A DNA stretch of 64,000 nucleotides from Cyanophyceae cyanobacterium (GCA_038321985.1 JBBQFN010000002.1:96001-160000); one strand, 5' to 3'; shown: positions 10,705-22,344, numbered from the stretch's first letter. Translations and numbers: made by a program. Notes: a model not told the origin generated them from the sequence alone.

Positions 10705-11547
10705 TCAGGGTTGAAAATTTTCGTGTTCAATGACAAACACATTGGCATATAGATTAGCTAAAATCTGTTGTCCCTGCTGGGTCAACCCTAAGTAAGGCAA
10801 GGCCTGCTGAATATAAGGATAAACGCTTTCCCAATAAACCCGAGGATATTTAGCCCGCAGATCTCCGGGGTTTTCATACCCGAGTTTTGCATTCATGCCA
10901 ATTTCTTCAAATTCATAAAACAGAGCGCTAATCTTTTTCAAATACCTAGGATCGCTCAGTTGCCCGATCAGGGCCGCCGCCCGCACCAGTCCCGGATAAG
11001 TGCTGCTTTCCTGGGAATCCTCAACCGCAGGCATCGGAAACCGAGTCAGTTCGATATTACGCTTGAGCGATTCGGCATCAATTAGCTTATGGCCGCCAAA
11101 TCGCTCTTGAATAAACAGCTTATCGCGATCGACCCGGTACGGAGTCAAGCTGGCAGAGGTCGCCCCTTCGGGTAGCGTTACCGTTTCGCTATTGCAACCC
11201 GTGGCATACACGCTCATTGCCGTTCGGTCCTGCTTGCAAACCCCTTTGACATACCCGATATCGTGGCAGACTAGAGAAATAATAAAGTGCAACCAATCTT
11301 CACAGGAAACGCCGCCCTCCCGGATGTGTTTTCCCCGTAGAACCTCTTGCCCCACTAACGTGATGTTAATGGTGTGTTCGATATTATGGTACAAGGCATC
11401 AGTATTTGCCAGATTCTCCAGGGCCATGTGGCCCGCCCAGCCGATAATATCCGCATAGTCCGGTTTCAGCCCCCCGTATGTCCGGGCATAGCCCGTTTTA
11501 AGCTGGCGCACGAAGTCATCAATCAAGATTTCCGTGGTATTAAACAT
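10705..11547 (-). CDS. HD-domain metalloprotein (Npun_R2479-like family)
   Basis: DALYHNIEHT, CHDIGYVKG, LIGQLSDPRYL. Confidence 0.85.
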   Translation of the reverse strand: MFNTTEILIDDFVRQLKTGYARTYGGLKPDYADIIGWAGHMALENLANTDALYHNIEHTINITLVGQEVLRGKHIREGGVSCEDWLHFIISLVCHDIGYVKGVCKQDRTAMSVYATGCNSETVTLPEGATSASLTPYRVDRDKLFIQERFGGHKLIDAESLKRNIELTRFPMPAVEDSQESSTYPGLVRAAALIGQLSDPRYLKKISALFYEFEEIGMNAKLGYENPGDLRAKYPRVYWESVYPYIQQALPYLGLTQQGQQILANLYANVFVIEHENFQP

Positions 11548-12151
11548 ATCCCCTTGTGCCGTTTGTGATTAGCGTTTCGTCACCCTGTTGGTCCCGGAAG
11601 CGCCGAGTAGACCGCCAACGTTGCTCCTATCAATCATAAAAACTTTAGGGTGAGATCGAACCAGAGATTATGGTGCTGGTATTCAGTGTAGACAATTGGG
11701 GGACCGGGTAGGTAAAAAACTCAGTCAAACTCCGGTCTTGAGGTTGCACAAAGGTAGAGGTCCCCTTTTCTGGTCTTTACGCTTCTGTGGTGCTGATAGA
11801 GTTTAATTTGGATTAAGACTTCTGCACCGATACTGAGGGGCAACTCTCTCCCCGGTTCTACACTGGGTAAAAACTCCTAAATCCCCAAGATTCTGGGTCA
11901 GTCCTGTAGAGGACTGAAAGATTTAGAAAAATCACCCAGTTTTATAGGAACGGTGTTCCCACTCCCGTTGCCGGGCAGTTTTTTTCAATATCGCCTGTTG
12001 GGGTCTACTTCAATGATGGCGATCGCCGGGGATCGCGATCTAGATCACACCTAGACGCGGGATGCGATCGCATCGTAGAAAAGCAGAATCGTTAAGATCG
12101 ATCATATCGACCCTACCGATTTTCAGTGGAAATTATAGGTTTCCCTAGAAC

Positions 12152-12353
12152 AATGGAACTAACCGCAGCCATGTCTCAAGTCCCGCTGGAAGAATTATAT
12201 GGTCAAGTCATGTTTTCTAATGTAGTGACTCGTGCCGATCGCCAACAGCTTAAAGCCGCTCTTCTCAAAGATTGCCTAAGTGAAGACGAACAAGCCATCA
12301 TTGACCGCGTGCTTTACAATGTGCGCCGGGGATGGCTCCAGCTTATCGACTGA
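12152..12353 (+). CDS. Small cyanobacterial hypothetical protein
   Basis: TRADRQQLKAALL...LSEDEQAIIDRVLYNVRRG; start codon uncertain. Confidence 0.7.
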
Positions 12354-12688
12354 AATCAGACCTCATTATAAAGAAAACCGGCTGATAACTCTAGGCGGTG
12401 AGTTAGGTAGTGTAATTCTTACTTCTCTCCGATTTTACAGTCGGATGCCGCCTGATGGGATCATTTTCTGAACGGGTCAGTCTTCTTGGGCTTATTATAT
12501 CTCCATACCGAGTTGCCCGAAAGTAGCCACTTCAAACCTATTTTTTCTCCCTTGCAGCGACTCTTTACCCAGTTTTCCTCCAGGGAATCCCCTCTCTTCA
12601 GCTTTGACGCCTAACCCTTGGTATTTGGGTTAAGATAAAGAGCGATCGCCCCAGTAAAAATGCTACCCTAACAGAGACCTTTAAACGG

Positions 12689-13054
12689 ATGCAACTCGTG
12701 AGTGTCTCGGTACAATTTATCAAGGGATTGGATGAGGAAATCGGCGGAATTAGTCTCCGCAAAGGCCGGAGTTCAGGAACAAAAACTGTAGTATTGTTCT
12801 TTGAAAGGGTGCAGGCGATGGAAAAGGGCCGCAGCTTTGTCAATAAAATAGAAACTTTAAATTTGTGTGATGAAGAAGGTGAAATTCAAGTGGTTCCCAA
12901 TGCTATGAAATTTCACTTTATTAATGATGATAATTTATCTCAAGCTGAATGTTCGTTTGAGGTCAATTCCGATGAAGCATGGGAGCGAGTGATGAGATTT
13001 TTACATCGATATGCGGATGAACAGGGGTTTGAATTTCAAGAACCCAAAGCATAG
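12689..13054 (+). CDS. psb28: Photosystem II assembly factor Psb28 (Psb28-2-like)
   Basis: VQFIKGLDEE, DEEGEI, WERVMRFLHRYA. Confidence 0.88.
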   Translation: MQLVSVSVQFIKGLDEEIGGISLRKGRSSGTKTVVLFFERVQAMEKGRSFVNKIETLNLCDEEGEIQVVPNAMKFHFINDDNLSQAECSFEVNSDEAWERVMRFLHRYADEQGFEFQEPKA

Positions 13055-13172
13055 GCTTCTTTCAAGGGCGATCGCCTGTTTAAGGATGATTAACTGAGGT
13101 TCAGCCACAGCAGTTAACCCCAGCAATTTTCCCGTTTTCTCAACCCGAATGGCATCTCGATACAGAAATTCT

Positions 13173-13186
13173 GTATCAAAAACTAC
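13173..13186 (+). promoter_or_regulatory. NtcA binding site upstream of glnB
   Basis: tGTA-TCAAAAAC-TACa matches GTA-N8-TAC, about 80 bp upstream of glnB, a known NtcA target. Confidence 0.8.
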
Positions 13187-13256
13187 AAAAAGCCAGGGCA
13201 GGGCGGTGATACTAAGGTACGATGCAGGTTACGCAATCAGCAGTTCAACAGCGTGA

Positions 13257-13607
<351 letters not shown>

Positions 13608-13632
13608 AACCCTGAGAAAGAATTAAGGATAA

Positions 13633-13669
13633 AGAATTGAGAATTATTTAATCCTCAATTCTCAATTCT
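13633..13669. terminator. Hairpin between convergent glnB and rdgB
   Basis: AGAATTGAGAATT / AATTCTCAATTCT inverted repeat. Confidence 0.55.
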
Positions 13670-13715
13670 CCGTTCTCCTCAAATCCCGCTTCAACTTGGG
13701 TTGGAGTGGGATTTT

Positions 13716-14321
13716 TTATGAAAACTCCAAAGTTGCCAACTCAGGCAGCAGGATATTAAAGGCTTGACCCCGATGACTCAGACGTTTTTTAGTCTCCGGG
13801 TCCATTTCGGCGAAAGATTGACGCTGTTCGGCGTGGTAAAAAATGGGGTCGTAACCGAAACCATTATTTCCTCGGGGACGGTGGAGAATGCGGCCATTAC
13901 AAACTCCTTCCGCTTGTAAGGCAATGGAACCATCGGGACGGGCGATCGCGATGGCACAGACAAACTGTGCCTCTCGATTCAGTTCACTCCCTAACTCAAA
14001 CAGCAGGCGATCGATCCGCTCTTGATCGGTTTTACCATAGCGAGCGGAAAAAATTCCCGGACTGCCATCGAGAGCCTCGACCGATAACCCAGAATCATCA
14101 GCGATCGCCCACTTTCCCGTAGCGATCGCCACTTCAGACGCCTTGAGGATTGCATTTTCCATAAAAGTCTCCCCGGTCTCTTCCACGTCAATTTCCGGGG
14201 GTTTAAGCTGCAATTCCCAGCCTAAATCTCCCAGATAGGCTTCCATTTCTTCGAGCTTCCCGGGATTGCTCGTGGCAACTACCAGGAGCTTTTGAGTTGG
14301 GCTTTCTGATTCTAAATTCAT
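13716..14321 (-). CDS. rdgB: Non-canonical purine NTP pyrophosphatase (RdgB/HAM1)
   Basis: ATSNPGK, ADDSGL, GFGYDPIF, SHRG. Confidence 0.95.
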   Translation of the reverse strand: MNLESESPTQKLLVVATSNPGKLEEMEAYLGDLGWELQLKPPEIDVEETGETFMENAILKASEVAIATGKWAIADDSGLSVEALDGSPGIFSARYGKTDQERIDRLLFELGSELNREAQFVCAIAIARPDGSIALQAEGVCNGRILHRPRGNNGFGYDPIFYHAEQRQSFAEMDPETKKRLSHRGQAFNILLPELATLEFS

Positions 14322-14395
14322 AGGTAGCAATTCATTAATTCAATAGTCCCAATGATTTAGGCTCGTGCGTGATCCCATCTAGGGTACAAGACCAG

Positions 14396-15868
14396 CTAAA
14401 CTCCCTGAGCCCACTGTTGAGCCCAGGCTAACGTATGACGGACTTGCGTCAGGGTGCCAGCTTCACAATACAGGCGCAAGACAGGTTCCGTGCCGCTAAA
14501 GCGAATCAGCAGCCAACTGCCATCCTTCAAGCGAAATTTGTAACCATCAATGGTTAAACAATCCACCACCGATTGACCCGCGATCTCGGTTAATTGGGTG
14601 GTTTTGAGTTGTTCGCGCAGGCGATCGGCTACCGCCATACTGCGCAGGGGTAAATCAATCCGGTCATAACTGAAGTGATAGTCAGCTTGATCTTGAGTGC
14701 GACGATACAGGGTGCCTACTTCTAAGCCAGATTGGACGATCGCCTCTAGCAGGTAAAGCGCCGAAAGCAATGCATCCCGTTCGGGGACATGGGTCCCATA
14801 TCCGATGCCTCCCGACTCTTCGCCCCCAATCAAGACGCGATTTTCTAGCATCCGATCCGCGATGTATTTGAAGCCGATGGGGGTTTCCATCACGGGCCTA
14901 TCGTACAATTTTGCCACCCGGGGAATCAGGTCAGAACCGCTGACGGTTTTGATGACTGCCCCCATAAATCCGCGCCGTTTAGCCAGATGTTCAATTAAGA
15001 CGGGGATTAAAATTTGGGAACTGAGGAAGGTGCCATCTCCATCGACAGCAGCAATGCGATCGGCATCTCCGTCGAAGACAAATCCGACGGATAAACCGGG
15101 ATTGTTCGAGCGTCGGTGGGTTCGCATCAGTCGAAATAGGGAGGAGAGGTATCGAGGCAGGGGTTCCGGTGCACCCCCATCAAATAGGGGGTCGCGATCG
15201 CTATTGATTTCTCGCACCGGGACTTCTAGGACTTTACCCAACCCACTGGCTCCCGCGCCGTGCATAGCATCGACAAATATCGTGAGTTGACCCTGGGTGA
15301 CGGCCTCCTTAATTCGGGCAATATCGACCATAGAGCGCAACATTTCGCAGTAACTCGGCCAGATATTGAACTTCTCTAAGCGTCCGGGCGTAAGGGAAGA
15401 GTCTGTTGATGGAGTGTCCTTTGATAGGCGCGCTTCGATCCGTTGGGTAACCTCCGGAGGGACCGAGCCACCAAATGCGCCCTTAACTTTGAGTCCTAAG
15501 TAGGCAGCCGGATTGTGAGAAGCAGTGAGGACGATTGCGCCCAGGGCCCTGCGTTGGTTAGCCAACCAACTAAAGGCCGGGGTGGGGGCGTAGGTTTCAC
15601 AGAGCATCACGTCAAACCCCGCTGATTGAATAGACTCAGCCGCTGCCAGGGCAAAGGTTTCTGCCAGAAACCGGCGATCAAAACCGACGATAATGGTCCG
15701 GCTTCCCGTGGTGGGTCCGTAAAATTCCTCTAAAATATGGGCGGCGATCGCAGCGACCCGAACCACCCGCTCAAAGGTAAAATCCGCGGCAATAACACCG
15801 CGCCAACCATCAGTGCCGAACTTAATCGGGCTACCATTCACCGGGAGAGATGTAGGCTGAGCGCTCAT
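14396..15868 (-). CDS. Phosphoglucomutase/phosphomannomutase
   Basis: FGTDGWRG, TASHNP, FDGDADR, GEESGG, RFSGTEP. Confidence 0.95.
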   Translation of the reverse strand: MSAQPTSLPVNGSPIKFGTDGWRGVIAADFTFERVVRVAAIAAHILEEFYGPTTGSRTIIVGFDRRFLAETFALAAAESIQSAGFDVMLCETYAPTPAFSWLANQRRALGAIVLTASHNPAAYLGLKVKGAFGGSVPPEVTQRIEARLSKDTPSTDSSLTPGRLEKFNIWPSYCEMLRSMVDIARIKEAVTQGQLTIFVDAMHGAGASGLGKVLEVPVREINSDRDPLFDGGAPEPLPRYLSSLFRLMRTHRRSNNPGLSVGFVFDGDADRIAAVDGDGTFLSSQILIPVLIEHLAKRRGFMGAVIKTVSGSDLIPRVAKLYDRPVMETPIGFKYIADRMLENRVLIGGEESGGIGYGTHVPERDALLSALYLLEAIVQSGLEVGTLYRRTQDQADYHFSYDRIDLPLRSMAVADRLREQLKTTQLTEIAGQSVVDCLTIDGYKFRLKDGSWLLIRFSGTEPVLRLYCEAGTLTQVRHTLAWAQQWAQGV

Positions 15869-16309
15869 AAAAGTCTGCCTCAAACAGCAATAATTGTTAA
15901 AGAAATATCGGCTTAGCAAGGATCCTAATTGACCCTTAGAGAGTGAGGGCAAAAGATAGATTGACTCATAAAGGTTTTGCACTCGGGGGTTACCCACTCA
16001 TCTCTTTCCTAAGCGTTTAAGATTTTATCAAAAAATTTGAGAGATAAAACAGGTTGAAGCAGATCCGTGAGTAAAAGTTGTTCCCATTTAAAGGAGAAAT
16101 TTGTGAGAAATTGGCGGAAAGGAACTCATGAATCGATATAATAGCAAGGCTTTAAGCGATCGCTTAGAGCAATTAGCCGATCGCTCCTGTCCCTCTTTAA
16201 ATATTCGGTAATTTTTCCGCCGTCGGGCTATCGGGAGCCCTGCTTAAAACTGCTAAAATAAGTGAGTCTGTTTTATTCTCTTGTAGATTCAGGAAACCCG
16301 TAATCGAAT

Positions 16310-17497
16310 ATGGCTATTATAATTGGCACAGATCAGGCTGACCTCATCTTTGGAACCGTTGAATCTGATTCAATTTTGGGATTAAAAGGCGAAGACACAA
16401 TCGACGGAAGCGCCGGAAATATTACCATAAATGGCAACCAGGGAGCCGATCTCATCATTGGCCGCGAAGGGGATGATTTCCTGTATGGCGGTCAAGGAGA
16501 TGACTTAATTTATAGTGGCAGTGGTAATGATACCCTGTTTGGAAACTTAGACAATGACACCCTCTTTGGAGAATCAGGAAACGATCTGCTATTAGGCGAA
16601 GGAGGACGCGACGTCCTTTACGGGGGAGAAGGAGACGATACGTTACAAGGAGGTGAAGAGAATGATACCGTACTCGGAGAAAATGGCGACGATACCCTGT
16701 TTGGAGAAAATGGGGATGATTTATTATTTGGCAATAAAGGCGATGATCTGGTTCTAGGAGGACAAGGGGACGATACCCTTTATGGCGGACGGGATGACGA
16801 TCGCCTGTTTGGAGAAGACGGAAATGATTTGCTGTTTGGGGATTTAGGAAATGATATCTTAAATGGCAACGTGGGTAGCGATACCTTAGAGGGTGGAGAA
16901 GGGGAAGATAGCTTGTATGGCGGACGTGGGGATGATAGTCTGTTTGGGGGTGCAGGAAGTGATTGGCTATTCGGTGGAGTAGGTGCCGATTCCTTGACAG
17001 GCAGCACTGGATCGGATTATTTTGTATTACAGTCAAATGCTGGGGTTGATCTGATTACGGACTACAACCCACAAGAGGATTTTATAGCCTTAGATGAGGG
17101 TTTAGAATTCGGGAATTTGGAGTTTAAAAATATTACCAATGTTGGCGCAGATAATAGCTTGACTCAGAGTACAGCCATCGTGGTTACAGAGACGCAACGA
17201 ATTCTGGCAATTTTATCCGGTGTAGCCGCCTCTAGTTTCACCGGCGCTGATTTTGTGGATATTACGGGAGCACCGATTTCTATTTCTCGTCCACCTGTAG
17301 AAGAAGATACAGATTCGACGACAGAGAATTCGACGACGGAGAACTTTACGGCGAGTAATAATTTATTTGAGGAGGGTTTGGGAGATATATTTTCACAACC
17401 TACAGACGATACTTTGGAATCGATGACTAATCAAAACATCCGCAGCGGGGCTGATTTTTTGGCCTTAGATAGTTTGGATAACGTCGGATTTATTTAA
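16310..17497 (+). CDS. RTX/hemolysin-type Ca-binding repeat protein
   Basis: Many GGxGxDxLx nonapeptide repeats; acidic C-terminal tail. Confidence 0.9.
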   Translation: MAIIIGTDQADLIFGTVESDSILGLKGEDTIDGSAGNITINGNQGADLIIGREGDDFLYGGQGDDLIYSGSGNDTLFGNLDNDTLFGESGNDLLLGEGGRDVLYGGEGDDTLQGGEENDTVLGENGDDTLFGENGDDLLFGNKGDDLVLGGQGDDTLYGGRDDDRLFGEDGNDLLFGDLGNDILNGNVGSDTLEGGEGEDSLYGGRGDDSLFGGAGSDWLFGGVGADSLTGSTGSDYFVLQSNAGVDLITDYNPQEDFIALDEGLEFGNLEFKNITNVGADNSLTQSTAIVVTETQRILAILSGVAASSFTGADFVDITGAPISISRPPVEEDTDSTTENSTTENFTASNNLFEEGLGDIFSQPTDDTLESMTNQNIRSGADFLALDSLDNVGFI

Positions 17498-17711
17498 TTG
17501 AGCGATCGCCAATGAGGACAGAGGAATCTATTAGAAACGGATAGAAACTCCCCACTCATTTTGCCCCCAGGGAACGCCCGGTTAAAAACCGGGCTTCTTA
17601 ATACTGAGCTGGGTTAACATCCAAAATTTAATTTAGAAACCCGGTTTATTGGCGTTTTTTTTAGAGTGCAGAGTTTCGCAACAAGGGAAAGCCGGAAATC
17701 CCCCCCAGAGG

Positions 17712-18059
17712 TTACTCGCCCTCAGCGCTAACAGAATCCTCTAGATCGGGGGTATAATCAGCGGCAGCTTCTGATAAAACTTCCAGCAGCGATCGCAACT
17801 TGATGCGCTGGATATACGGCCACCCTCCAGAGGTTTCGATATCTCGCAACAAGTTATAAAGTGCCTGTCGGTTACTCGGTAGAGATTCCAGAAACAAACT
17901 CTCGCAAATTTCTCGATGGAATCGTTCTAAAGTGCGCAGTAACTCCAACAGTGCCAGACAATCCCCCTGATAACTCTTGGCGACAAGACGCAAGTCCTCA
18001 ATCGTACTACTTAAATTGGGGAGTTTGCCATCGGAATCAAGATTTGTGTTCAAGTCCAT
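17712..18059 (-). CDS. Conserved cyanobacterial hypothetical protein
   Basis: LPSNRQALYNLLRDIETSGGWPYI motif. Confidence 0.7.
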   Translation of the reverse strand: MDLNTNLDSDGKLPNLSSTIEDLRLVAKSYQGDCLALLELLRTLERFHREICESLFLESLPSNRQALYNLLRDIETSGGWPYIQRIKLRSLLEVLSEAAADYTPDLEDSVSAEGE

Positions 18060-19037
18060 TTAATTTTTTGCCTCAAGGTCGCGAGTAAATATTCCAATTG
18101 TTAAGCACGGCTTTCACCTGCTTGTGGTGGGAGTCTTTGGCTCTCAAATTTGATATTTTATCTAACTTTGTGCCGGGGGTTAGAAACAGGGTCGTTTGAG
18201 GGCCTGTTAACAACTCTGGTTTCCCTGAGCGATCGCCCCCAATCCCCCCGAATTTTCCCACCCCTGGGGTCTATGACTCCGGGGGAACCCTTCTTTTATC
18301 AAAGTTCTCCTTTAAAAGTTTCGGTTCCGGTGGGGAGTGCTTATCAACTTCTCGCCGCCTCAATCCTCTTTTCTATTCTCTCCTCCCTCGATTTCAAGAC
18401 GTCGGGATTTTAACAAAATACTCAACCCTTTCGTCTTTTTCCTAACATCCGTTTGAGGATCCATACAAGGGGTACATCCTGGCACTAATAAAATAGCCAG
18501 TGGAGAGCGGAAAATCCAGTCCGGCGATCGCGACGCTGGCATTCTTCCAGGACTCGACAAGAATTAAAAGTAACCGACGTTCCGATGGGTGCTTATTTCG
18601 GTAAAATGCTCTATGGCATCTAAAAGCAGCGTAAAATGCTTAAACCGCGACACTGGAATTCCCTCTTCCCTGAGAAGTCGGAGTCGCTATGTCGCTGTAC
18701 CCTGCTGAAACGGAGAAAAGAGATCGTTCCTCGATGTCAGCTTACCAATCAAGCTGACTGACATAGATGCTACCTCCTCAATCCTGGATGGCGTAACAAA
18801 AACACCTGCACTATTTTCCACAGTGCCAAAACTTACAAAACCGATTGAGGGTTTTGGTTGCTCGGTCGTTCGATCTCAGGATTCGCTTTGACTGTCACAG
18901 ATGAGTAAGTTTACTCATCAATTCTTAATCGAACTTGAAAGGCTCAACTGTTTAGGTTCGGTCGTCCGAACGACGTTGAACCCAAACGTAAGATTAACCC
19001 CTGGTGGGATTGTTAAATTTTGAAATAAAGGTTGACC

Positions 19038-19865
19038 ATGAGGTATCGCGCTTTAATTGTCGCATTTCTAGCAGTATGCTTGAGCGTGCTAACGGCTTGT
19101 AGTGAAGGGCCGACCGTGGGGAGTTCAGAACTTACCTATGATGATATTCTAGGCACAGGTTTAGCCAATAGCTGTCCGGAATTGGCAGAAACTGCTCGGG
19201 GTGCAATTCCCATTGATGGCAGCGAATCTTATTTGCTGAGTGAGCTGTGTTTACAGCCAACAGAATATTTTGTTCTGGAAGAAGGAGCCAATAAACGGCA
19301 AGAAGCTGCATACATTCCGAGCAAACCCTTGACTCGTTATACCTCCTCCCTGACCCAAATCCAAGGACCTTTACAAGTGGGTGAAGATGGCAGCCTCACC
19401 TTTATAGAAGAAGATGGAATCGACTTTCAGGCGATTACCGTCATGCTTCCCGGTGGGGAGGAAGTTCCTTTCCTCTTTACTGTCAAAGGGCTAAAAGCAA
19501 AAAGTCAGCCCGGACTTGACAGTATTAATACCTCAACGGACTTTCAAGGAGACTATACCGTTCCCTCGTATCGTTCCGCTTCTTTCCTCGACCCCAAAGG
19601 TCGCGGTGGGGCGACTGGATATGATAATGCGGTAGCGTTGCCTGGAAGTTCTGATGCTGCGGATTTAAATCGTTCCAACGTCAAGCGTGCACTTCAGGGT
19701 AAAGGTCATATCTCCCTGAGTGTGTCTAAAGTCAATAGCAGCACTGGCGAAATTGCTGGGGTTTTCGTGAGCGAACAGTCCTCAGATACGGACTTAGGCG
19801 CGAAAGAACCTGTAGAAGTGAAGATTCGCGGTCTATTTTACGGTCGCGTGGAACCTGGCGCATAA
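19038..19865 (+). CDS. psbO: Photosystem II manganese-stabilising protein
   Basis: MRYRALIVAFLA, GTGLANSCP, GIDFQAITV, FLDPKGRG, GYDNAVALP. Confidence 0.98.
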   Translation: MRYRALIVAFLAVCLSVLTACSEGPTVGSSELTYDDILGTGLANSCPELAETARGAIPIDGSESYLLSELCLQPTEYFVLEEGANKRQEAAYIPSKPLTRYTSSLTQIQGPLQVGEDGSLTFIEEDGIDFQAITVMLPGGEEVPFLFTVKGLKAKSQPGLDSINTSTDFQGDYTVPSYRSASFLDPKGRGGATGYDNAVALPGSSDAADLNRSNVKRALQGKGHISLSVSKVNSSTGEIAGVFVSEQSSDTDLGAKEPVEVKIRGLFYGRVEPGA

Positions 19866-19920
19866 GCGATCGGGTTGCAGGAGGTTAAGATCTGGACCTC
19901 ATCACCTCAAGGATCTGATT

Positions 19921-19945
19921 AAAGGGGCAAATAGCCCCTTTTTTT
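19921..19945 (+). terminator. psbO terminator
   Basis: AAAGGGGC-AAATA-GCCCCTTT stem running into a T tract. Confidence 0.8.
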
Positions 19946-20145
19946 GGGTCATTTTTCAGAAGATCGCGACCCGACAGGCGCTTCATCTTGACAATCTTTA
20001 CAACATAGGGGGTTACATCTTTGTGGGTTGCCTAAGTCCTGCTTCATCTTGACTTTTTTGTTAAGACATCTGACCAATGAGAGTTGTTTTTTCCCGGGGA
20101 AAGTTAGGATAATTAAGATATCCCCCATCCTCGGATAGAGCTGCT

Positions 20146-22344
20146 GTGAGTTATTGCCTCAATCCTAAATGCCCGAACCGGGCTGACCCATTGAACGCAC
20201 AGAACCGCATCTGTCGGCATTGCGGTTCGCTTTTGGTTTTCCAAGGCCGCTATCGGGTCGGGCGGTTACTGGGGGAAGGCGGTTTTGGTCAAACGTTTGA
20301 AGTCAACGATGGAGGTATCCTCAAGGTCCTCAAGGTCCTGACGGATGATAATCCCAAGGCGATCGCGCTGTTTCAGCGGGAAGCGCAAGTCTTAAGCCAT
20401 TTAAATCATCCCGGTATTCCCCGAGTTGAGCCAGACGGTTACTTTACGGTTTTACCCAGAAACAGCAAGCAGCCGTTACATTGTCTGGTGATGCAACGGA
20501 TTGAGGGCCGAAATTTAGAAGTGTGGATGGCCGATCGCCATCATTTACCGATTCCGCAGCATCAAGCCCTCAATTGGTTTAAACAGCTTACAGAACTTTT
20601 ACATATTGTCCATCAACAGCAATTTTTCCACCGGGATATCAAACCGTCGAACATCATGCTACAGCCCAATGGGCAACTGGCGTTGATTGACTTTGGCAGT
20701 GCTAGGGAAGTGACGGGGACCTATCTGGCTAAAGTGGGCGGGGGTCATCAAATTACGGGAATCGTTTCTCCCGGTTACACGCCGCCAGAACAGGCGAATG
20801 GGAAAGCGGTCCCTCAATCGGATTTTTTTGCCCTGGGACGGACGTTTGTTTTTCTATTAACGGGGAAGGAACCGAATGCGTTTCCTGAAGATACCCGCAC
20901 GGGTCAGTTATTGTGGCGATCGGATTCGAGTCGGAGTTTTCCCACCGCTGGAGTGGGAACAAACTCTGTACTGGATTGTATTGATTACCTGATGGCCCCT
21001 TTTCCAGGAAACCGCCCGCAAAATACTCAAGTAATTTTAAAGCAGTTAGAAGAAATCGAACGGGAAATGCAGCAACCTTGGGGTTCTGCGCCGATGCCTG
21101 TGCGATCGCCTCACCCCATGGGTTCAATCCAGCCTTATTATCAAGCTGCTGCACGGATTCCGACTCGACTGTTGCGCTTAAATGGGGGTAGAAATTACAG
21201 TAAACACAGTCGGCGATCGCGCTCTCCCCACAAAAAAGCGCTGAAATTAACCCAAAACTTCCTAGTAGGTGGATTTTTCTTAGCCTTAGCAGGAATGGCG
21301 ACTCAACTCTTTGGGGGATTTACATTACCCAATGTCTCGGCTTTACTGTGGTTAAATCAGGCAGGTCAAAGGGTTTTACCTGAAGTAGCCGCTAATTCTG
21401 AGCCATTCACCCCCATCTCTGCGGTGTCGGCTCAACCTTTGGCCGCAAAAAGCCCCATCACCTTAGCGAAAACCCTCGGGGGTCATCTGTGGGGGGTAAA
21501 TTCTATTGCACTCAGTCCCGACAGCCGCCTGCTGGTTAGTGGTAGTGTGGACAAAACCGTGAAGCTGTGGGACCTAGAATCCGGTCAAGTCCGACAAAGT
21601 TTATCGGGGCATTCCCAGGAAATTTGGTCGGTGGCATTTAGTCCGGAGGGCAGTAAAATTGCCAGTAGCAGTGGAGATGGGACGATTAAAGTTTGGGAGA
21701 CGAGTACAGGTAACTTGTTACATACCCTCTCGGATCATACCGCTTGGGTGATGGCGGTAACGTTCAGTCCCGATGGCAAGCAATTAGCTTCCGGTGGCTT
21801 TGACAATACGATTAAGTTGTGGAATGCGGAAACCGGCGAACTGATTCGCTCGATCGCCGCTCACTCCGGCTGGGTATTTTCTCTAGCTTATAGTCCCGAT
21901 GGTCAACTCTTAGCCAGCGGCAGTTTCGATCGCTCGATTAAAATTTGGCATACTCAAACTGGTGAGGTGGTCCGGACTTTAGAAGGGGGTTTGTATCGAT
22001 TTCGGTCCGTGGCGTTTAGTCCGGATGGTCAGTGGTTAGCCGGTGCAAGTGGAGACAGTTCGATTCTAATTTGGCAGGTCAGTAGTGGTCAAGTGGTCCG
22101 CACTTTATTTGGACATTCCGATGCAGTACACTCGATCGCCTTTAGTCCAGATGGTCACACTTTGGTCAGTGGTGGCGGGTCCTTAGATAGTACGATTAAA
22201 CTCTGGAATATTGGAACAGGACAACTGTTACAGACTCTTACAGGTCACTCGGATACAGTAAATTCGATTTCAATCAGTGCTGATGGTAAGATGCTGACAA
22301 GTGGGAGTCAAGATAATACAATTAAGGTGTGGCAGTTACCGTAG
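20146..22344 (+). CDS. Ser/Thr protein kinase with 4-Cys prefix, TM segment and WD40 repeats
   Basis: YCLNPKC...CRHCG, LGEGGFG, HRDIKPSN, DFG, about 7 GH...W(D/N) repeats. Confidence 0.95.
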   Translation: MSYCLNPKCPNRADPLNAQNRICRHCGSLLVFQGRYRVGRLLGEGGFGQTFEVNDGGILKVLKVLTDDNPKAIALFQREAQVLSHLNHPGIPRVEPDGYFTVLPRNSKQPLHCLVMQRIEGRNLEVWMADRHHLPIPQHQALNWFKQLTELLHIVHQQQFFHRDIKPSNIMLQPNGQLALIDFGSAREVTGTYLAKVGGGHQITGIVSPGYTPPEQANGKAVPQSDFFALGRTFVFLLTGKEPNAFPEDTRTGQLLWRSDSSRSFPTAGVGTNSVLDCIDYLMAPFPGNRPQNTQVILKQLEEIEREMQQPWGSAPMPVRSPHPMGSIQPYYQAAARIPTRLLRLNGGRNYSKHSRRSRSPHKKALKLTQNFLVGGFFLALAGMATQLFGGFTLPNVSALLWLNQAGQRVLPEVAANSEPFTPISAVSAQPLAAKSPITLAKTLGGHLWGVNSIALSPDSRLLVSGSVDKTVKLWDLESGQVRQSLSGHSQEIWSVAFSPEGSKIASSSGDGTIKVWETSTGNLLHTLSDHTAWVMAVTFSPDGKQLASGGFDNTIKLWNAETGELIRSIAAHSGWVFSLAYSPDGQLLASGSFDRSIKIWHTQTGEVVRTLEGGLYRFRSVAFSPDGQWLAGASGDSSILIWQVSSGQVVRTLFGHSDAVHSIAFSPDGHTLVSGGGSLDSTIKLWNIGTGQLLQTLTGHSDTVNSISISADGKMLTSGSQDNTIKVWQLP

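Noticed and set aside
16455..17036. 193-aa antisense ORF (also 57532-58107 and similar)
   Set aside because: Antisense shadow of repetitive coding sequence
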